Below are positions 57,701-64,000 of a stretch of 64,000 bases of DNA, in pieces (position 1 is the first letter of the stretch; each line of letters opens with the position of its first letter). The DNA comes from Eledone cirrhosa (Eukaryota). Both the position numbers and the translations under genes were made by a program. A model generated the notes under the pieces. It was not told the DNA's origin. It did no database searches and saw only the letters and a list, made by a program, of their open reading frames with translations. The stretch lies in contig OZ024751.1 in assembly GCA_964016885.1 (NCBI GenBank), forward strand, positions 49,042,001 to 49,106,000. The letters run 5' to 3'.

Positions 57701-58810
57701 CCTACAAATTGACTTAGAAACTTACCCCCGCAGTCATACCATGAAATGAAAATAAAGGAAATCAGACATTTGGGACAACCAAAATATAAATAAAATTTAA
57801 AAACTATATATATAATGATGTTGCAGATGAAAAGCTTGTAATAGTAAAGGCAAATTAAAGCTAGTTTAGCGATCACGAAAATAGAAGCAACATGAATTAT
57901 CTACAATCATTTCATATTACAAACCTCTTCATTTTACCATATTTGTAATGTTTCCAGTCACCTCTATTGCTTTTGGCTTTATTTGTTTATCTCTTTCTGT
58001 GTAATTATTACTTACTGATTTATTTATCTATTTATTTGTTTTATATTTTTGGTTAGTCATTATTTCCAGGCTTTCTTTCATTTGTTATCTCCCTGTTCGT
58101 ATTAGCTGCGTATTTCTTTCACTCATCCTTTTCTTGTAAATAGTCATTTCATTTCTCTCATTATCAATCTTTCTGTAAATTTGTATGTATGTATATGTAT
58201 GTATGAATGTATGTATGTTTGTATATATATGTAAGTACGTATATGTGTACGTATGCGTGCAAGCATGTATGTATGCATGTATTTATGTATGTGTGTATGT
58301 ATATATGTACGTATGTATCTGTATGTACGTAGGTATGTGTGTATGTACGTGTGGAAGCATGTGTGTGTGTGTGCATGTATTTATGAATGTATGTTTCTAT
58401 CTATGTATGTGTGTGTTTGTAAGTATCTTTAAGTATATGTGTATGCTTCCATGTGTGTGCGTGTACATGTATTTATGAATGTGTGTATGCATATATGTCC
58501 GATTATATATATGTGTGCGTTTGTTTGTATGTGCGGTTGTGTGTAGGTGTGTTTGTATTTGTATGTATGTTTATGTAATAATTTGTTTATCCTTCCGTCT
58601 GTAGATATTTTTTCATAAATACCCTCAATTTATTTTATTCTACATATATCCTTCTTAAAATCTCTAAATCTATTCCCCCCCCCACACACACACGCACACA
58701 TACACACACATTCACACACAGACACACAAATATATATACGTATATAAATAGAGAGACACACACACACACATCTCTCTTTCTCTCTCTGTCTCTGTCTCTA
58801 TCTCTCTCTC

Positions 58811-58861
<51 letters not shown>

Positions 58862-59432
58862 GTACGCATATATGTATAAATATGTATATATAAATATATA
58901 TATATATTTATATATGTTTGTATATATATATATGTGTATATATACATTTATACGTATATGTATATATATATGTATGTTTGTATATATATATATATGTGTA
59001 TATATAAATGTATACGTATATGTATATATATATGTATGTATATAAAAATGTATATATATATAAATGTATATGTATATATATATATATGTGTGTTTGTGTG
59101 TGCGTGTGCATGTGTGTATATATGTGTGTGTGTGAGAGTGAGAGAGAGTATTAGTTTGTGTTCGACTTTATTTCTCTCTCAGTCCGCCCTCCACTCAACA
59201 CACTTTAACATATCTTAGCCTCAAGGAAAAGCACCCGACAGCTTAAGATATTTCCATGTAGCTAACACTATCAACGAAACAGATCCTCCTGCCTTCGATT
59301 ATCATATAATAAGCTCATCCCCCCACTTCCTTTTCCTACAACCAACTGTATGCATATATTGTTCTACATGGATATATGCCAGTGTGTATGTATGTAAGTA
59401 TGCATGTGTATATATATATACATATATATATA

Positions 59433-59577
59433 TAAGAACAAAAGATGGTTAAAAGAGTTCCATGTATTAACCATCTTTTGTTCTTATATATTATATATAC
59501 TCCAGTCCTACAAACTGTAGAGTGCTTCTTATCCGATATCTGCATTGCTTTATTGTACTACAATAAAACTCACCTCC

Positions 59578-59581
<4 letters not shown>
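59433..59581. mobile_element. Family D short inverted insertion
   Basis: Antisense aagaacaaaagatggttaa... joined to sense taaccatcttttgttctt...ctcacctcctaca. Confidence 0.88.
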
Positions 59582-59660
<79 letters not shown>

Positions 59661-60499
59661 ATAATATATGCATAAGTATATGCAAGTATATGCAAGCATA
59701 AGTACGTACACACACACATATCAATATACATGCTTGTATATATATATATATACATACATACATATGCATGTGTGTTTCAGTATTTGCATGTATATGCATA
59801 TACAAGAAATATTACTTATGGTTAAAAGTAACACTATCAATAGATCCACTCTTATTCTCTTGATAGATCGATATGTAACTTAGCTTAATTGTCAGTACGC
59901 ATGGTTACGCATCATCAAGAAAGATGTAGTGATATTTGTTAAAAGCCTTGCTTTTACATCCGATATTATCAAATAAGCATACAAGGAAAATCATTATCAG
60001 CCCCTGCTTCTTCTCATATCCTTAGTATTTCTACACGAGAAAAGAAAAGAAAAGCTTACTAAAAAAAACAAACTATATATATATATATATATATATATAC
60101 TAACAACAGAAAATGAAAGATCACAAAGCCAGGAATCGTCCATAACCGCCCCGCTGCCAATCTGAAAATCGCCTGCCGTTCTGACACACATCAAATTGCT
60201 ACACTAACAAATATGGACGCCTAACACTGACTACCATCGTCAGCCTTCTTCGCTTCATGTCGTCATTCATCGTCAGACTTCGCCAACCATCTCTCACTCA
60301 TCTCCATTAAGCTTCGCACGCCTACCATCGTTCTCCATCGTCCGTAAACCTATGGCGATTTACATACTACTTAAAAGGTGAAATTTTCATTTAGTGTATC
60401 TAATGCAATCTTCATCAGCCCTGCTTTTCGTTCGTAAGCATGAAACTATTCGGCTAAACACATACATACATATATGCATACATATCTACATAGCTACAT

Positions 60500-60540
<41 letters not shown>

Positions 60541-61081
60541 CATACACATATATTGTAAAATATTCCACTAGGAATCAAAAGAGGGGGTAATCAACATAAG
60601 GAATTTCATACAAAACATAAGAAGTATGGTCACGTAAGAAACGGCTTTTACAGGACGAATACTATTCCGCTCGTTAATAATTCATCCGAGGGGTATAATT
60701 TGCGAAGGAAAGAGTATTAGCTTTGTAAGAGTGACTTTTTAATAATATAATATATTTCTATATAACTAAAAACACATACACACACGCACATTTAAATATA
60801 CAGAGGTATTTAACGAAGTATTTTAGCACCAAGTGGACTCATCAATTATTCATAAAATATCACTCATGTTCTTTTATATAATGTATCAGATATTATCTCT
60901 TTCTCGCTATTTTGTCACTGTAACCTCTCATATTTTAGATCCAAGCTTAATCTAAATACCGTGTTCATTCTCGAGAAATCCATTGAAAGCAGGCTCGCCT
61001 CCATTAACAACTAATTATTTCTGTATTTACCCTCTTTATACACAACATCGCTATATGCCTTTGTTTTATGTTGTTTTCACT

Positions 61082-61207
<126 letters not shown>

Positions 61208-62067
61208 GTATATATATATATATGTATATAAATATACACACACACAAACACTCACACAAGCATGAACCTAATACCAACTCTGTTCGTACTGCACTCTTTG
61301 TTTTTCTTTTGTTCCTTCCTAGTATATATATGGTTTAACCCACCGTATAATATGGAGGTGGCCACACCATTGGCTAAGATCTTTCTCTCTCTTATTATGA
61401 AGCATTTCCCCCCAGCACATAAATATAGTAACATTTTTGATAGAAATACTATTAAAATGTCTTACTCTACGACTCCTAACTATGCACATAACATCACAGC
61501 TTAAAATGTAGCTAAATTACCTACCCGTAGGAACACGTGCAGCCCTGTAGCTGGTACTAACTGTAATTGTAAGAATCGGGTTGACTGCCCCTATCCGGGA
61601 AATGCCTCTCTAGTAACATTATCTACAAGTGTAAGGCTAAAACACCCACGTCCGGTAGGGCCTACATAGGGTTAAACGCCAATAGACTCAAGCAGCGTCA
61701 TTTCATGCATACCCATTCTTTTCTTAATCCTTTAAGAAGGAATATGACGTCACTTTCAGCTTATATCTGGAGTCCAAAAGACAACCACACCCAATATAAG
61801 TAACACTGGGAGATCCTAGTTCGATATGTCCCGGTCAGTTGACTAACCTGATTAGATTTTCGTAGTTTTTGGTATTGTGTGGCTAGGGCTACCTGCCACA
61901 ATTTTCTATTTGTCAAGCTGTCTAAACGTATGTTATTACTATAAGGCCTACTACCTTATTGAGTGCTTTGCTGCTCATTCCCAATTGTAAGGCATTAGCT
62001 TGGCTACAGCCAAAGCTTCGATTTTACTAAGCTTACACTTGTACATATATATATATATATATATATA

Positions 62068-62370
62068 TAATATAAGATCAAAAGATGGTTAAAATAGGTC
62101 CAAGTATTTTATTATGCGCATTTCAAAAACAAATATCATCATGGGATGATATCTGCGTTCTCATCAGATAAAATAGTGAGACATGATATGAAGCTTAAAA
62201 AACACTATCTCCCTATTTTATCTGATGAGAACGCAGATATCATCCCATGATGATATTTGTTTAACCCTCTTTTGATATTATATTATTTATACTCCAGTCC
62301 TACAAACTGTAGAGTGCTACTTATTTGATATTTGCATTGCTTTATTGTGCTACAATAAAACTCACCTCCT

Positions 62371-62373
<3 letters not shown>
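62068..62373. mobile_element. Family D inverted insertion with intact minus-strand HHR 62105-62175
   Basis: tattttat CTGATGA gaacg-cagatatcatc-ccat-gatgatatttg-ttttt GAAA tgcgca TA ataaaata; the sense arm is internally deleted. Confidence 0.9.
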
Positions 62374-62433
<60 letters not shown>

Positions 62434-62449
62434 TATATATATGTATATG

Positions 62450-62513
<64 letters not shown>

Positions 62514-62529
62514 TATATATATGTATATG

Positions 62530-62586
<57 letters not shown>

Positions 62587-63043
62587 GTGTGTGTGTGTGT
62601 ATATATTTATATGTGTGTGTGTGTGTATGTGTCTTTCCTGTAAATAGTTAAATCTATGTATGCTTCTCAGCAAATTCGAACTGAAACTTGACTGAATCTT
62701 TATATCTGTCTATTTAAAACCCTAATATTGGTTCAGTAGGTTTCACGTAATTCCAGCCAATTAAAATCGCATCATATCATACTTTAAATAACATTCAGCG
62801 GTTTATACATTTGAATTAAGCTTTATTTTTTTCATTTTTTTCTCTCAATTCACATCGCGAGGCAAACTACTAATCCATTTACGAACGCTAACTCTCGCTT
62901 CTGATTTCAGCACCCGTCATATTAATAATTGTTAAATATGGTTTCTGCATATTTCTTGTATAAGCTGCGCATGTATGTGTGTGTAAATACGCGCTTAAAC
63001 CTGTATATATTTGCATAGATTTATATGCATTTAAATATGTGTG

Positions 63044-63116
<73 letters not shown>

Positions 63117-63649
63117 CAGTTTGTTACGAAGCCATTTAATCGAAAATCATGTAACGTAATGAAAGTAGAAGAGAATTGGTTTTGTCTTTAAGGTTTTCGT
63201 TTCATCGTAACGTTTCTATTTACATATTTTATGCTGCATATTATTCTTTCAATATTATGTCTTCTTGCCCACCACTCCGACATGTTCCATGTCTCTCTGA
63301 AAAGTATATGTTAATCTACCTCGGAATCATGGTCTATATGGTTCTGTCTTCAGTTCTCACGTGTGTGTGAGTTTATAATAAGCAGTTTCGTATAACAATA
63401 CACGGATACAAATAAGCGACGAGGTGGATGAATCGGCACCGGTGGATAATAAAAGGCCGATATGTATGTATATATATGTATAAATATATATATATATAAT
63501 ACAGGTATATATACATATATATGTATATATGTATATATATATATATATAAATATATTTATACATATATATATATATATATGTTCATATATATATATATAC
63601 ATATATTTATATACATATATATATATACACACATATATATATATACTTA

Positions 63650-63694
<45 letters not shown>

Positions 63695-63775
63695 CATATA
63701 TATACATGCATATATTTATACTTTTATATATATTATATATATATATACACACACAGACACACATATATATATATA

Positions 63776-63862
<87 letters not shown>

Positions 63863-64000
63863 GTCTATGTGTACAATGTGTCTTTGTAATGCATAATTAT
63901 TCTCTTTCGTACGAAGAATATAATGTCTGTCACGTTTGCAACTGATTTTCTTTTCCTGTTTCTACCAAGTAATTAGGGAACTATTTTGGTGGGTTTACAA

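Noticed and set aside
60383-60423. Minus-strand CTGATGA...GAAA...TC
   Set aside because: The first stem I pair is mismatched and stem II is weak.

Overview
Very AT-rich, repeat-saturated animal DNA with no confidently identifiable host coding exon. The SINE families and extreme (TA)n/(CA)n density suggest a cephalopod such as an octopus (inference). Nearly all ORFs in the supplied track are microsatellite translations (YI/HT/CV/RE runs). Real coding relics are a 5'-truncated Penelope-like element (PLE; RT thumb, Cys linker, GIY-YIG) at 21448-23630, the 3' end of an L1/Tx1-type LINE (zf-RVT) sitting in (TCTA)n (three copies), and a decayed mariner-like transposase. The main signal lies in the short non-coding islands between (TA)n tracts. 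About 20 type I hammerhead ribozyme (HHR) motifs from roughly a dozen unrelated sequence families can be folded by eye. Most sit in head-to-head inverted insertions with one tail-bearing arm and one arm ending at a fixed internal TA-rich point. Notable cases are a ~458-nt ORF-less head-to-tail unit with one HHR (retrozyme-like, 31347-32787), HHRs with a compensatory U3-A8 core, and HHRs with large branched stem II insertions. Family labels A-H are mine. All folds were made by eye and ribozyme activity is untested.
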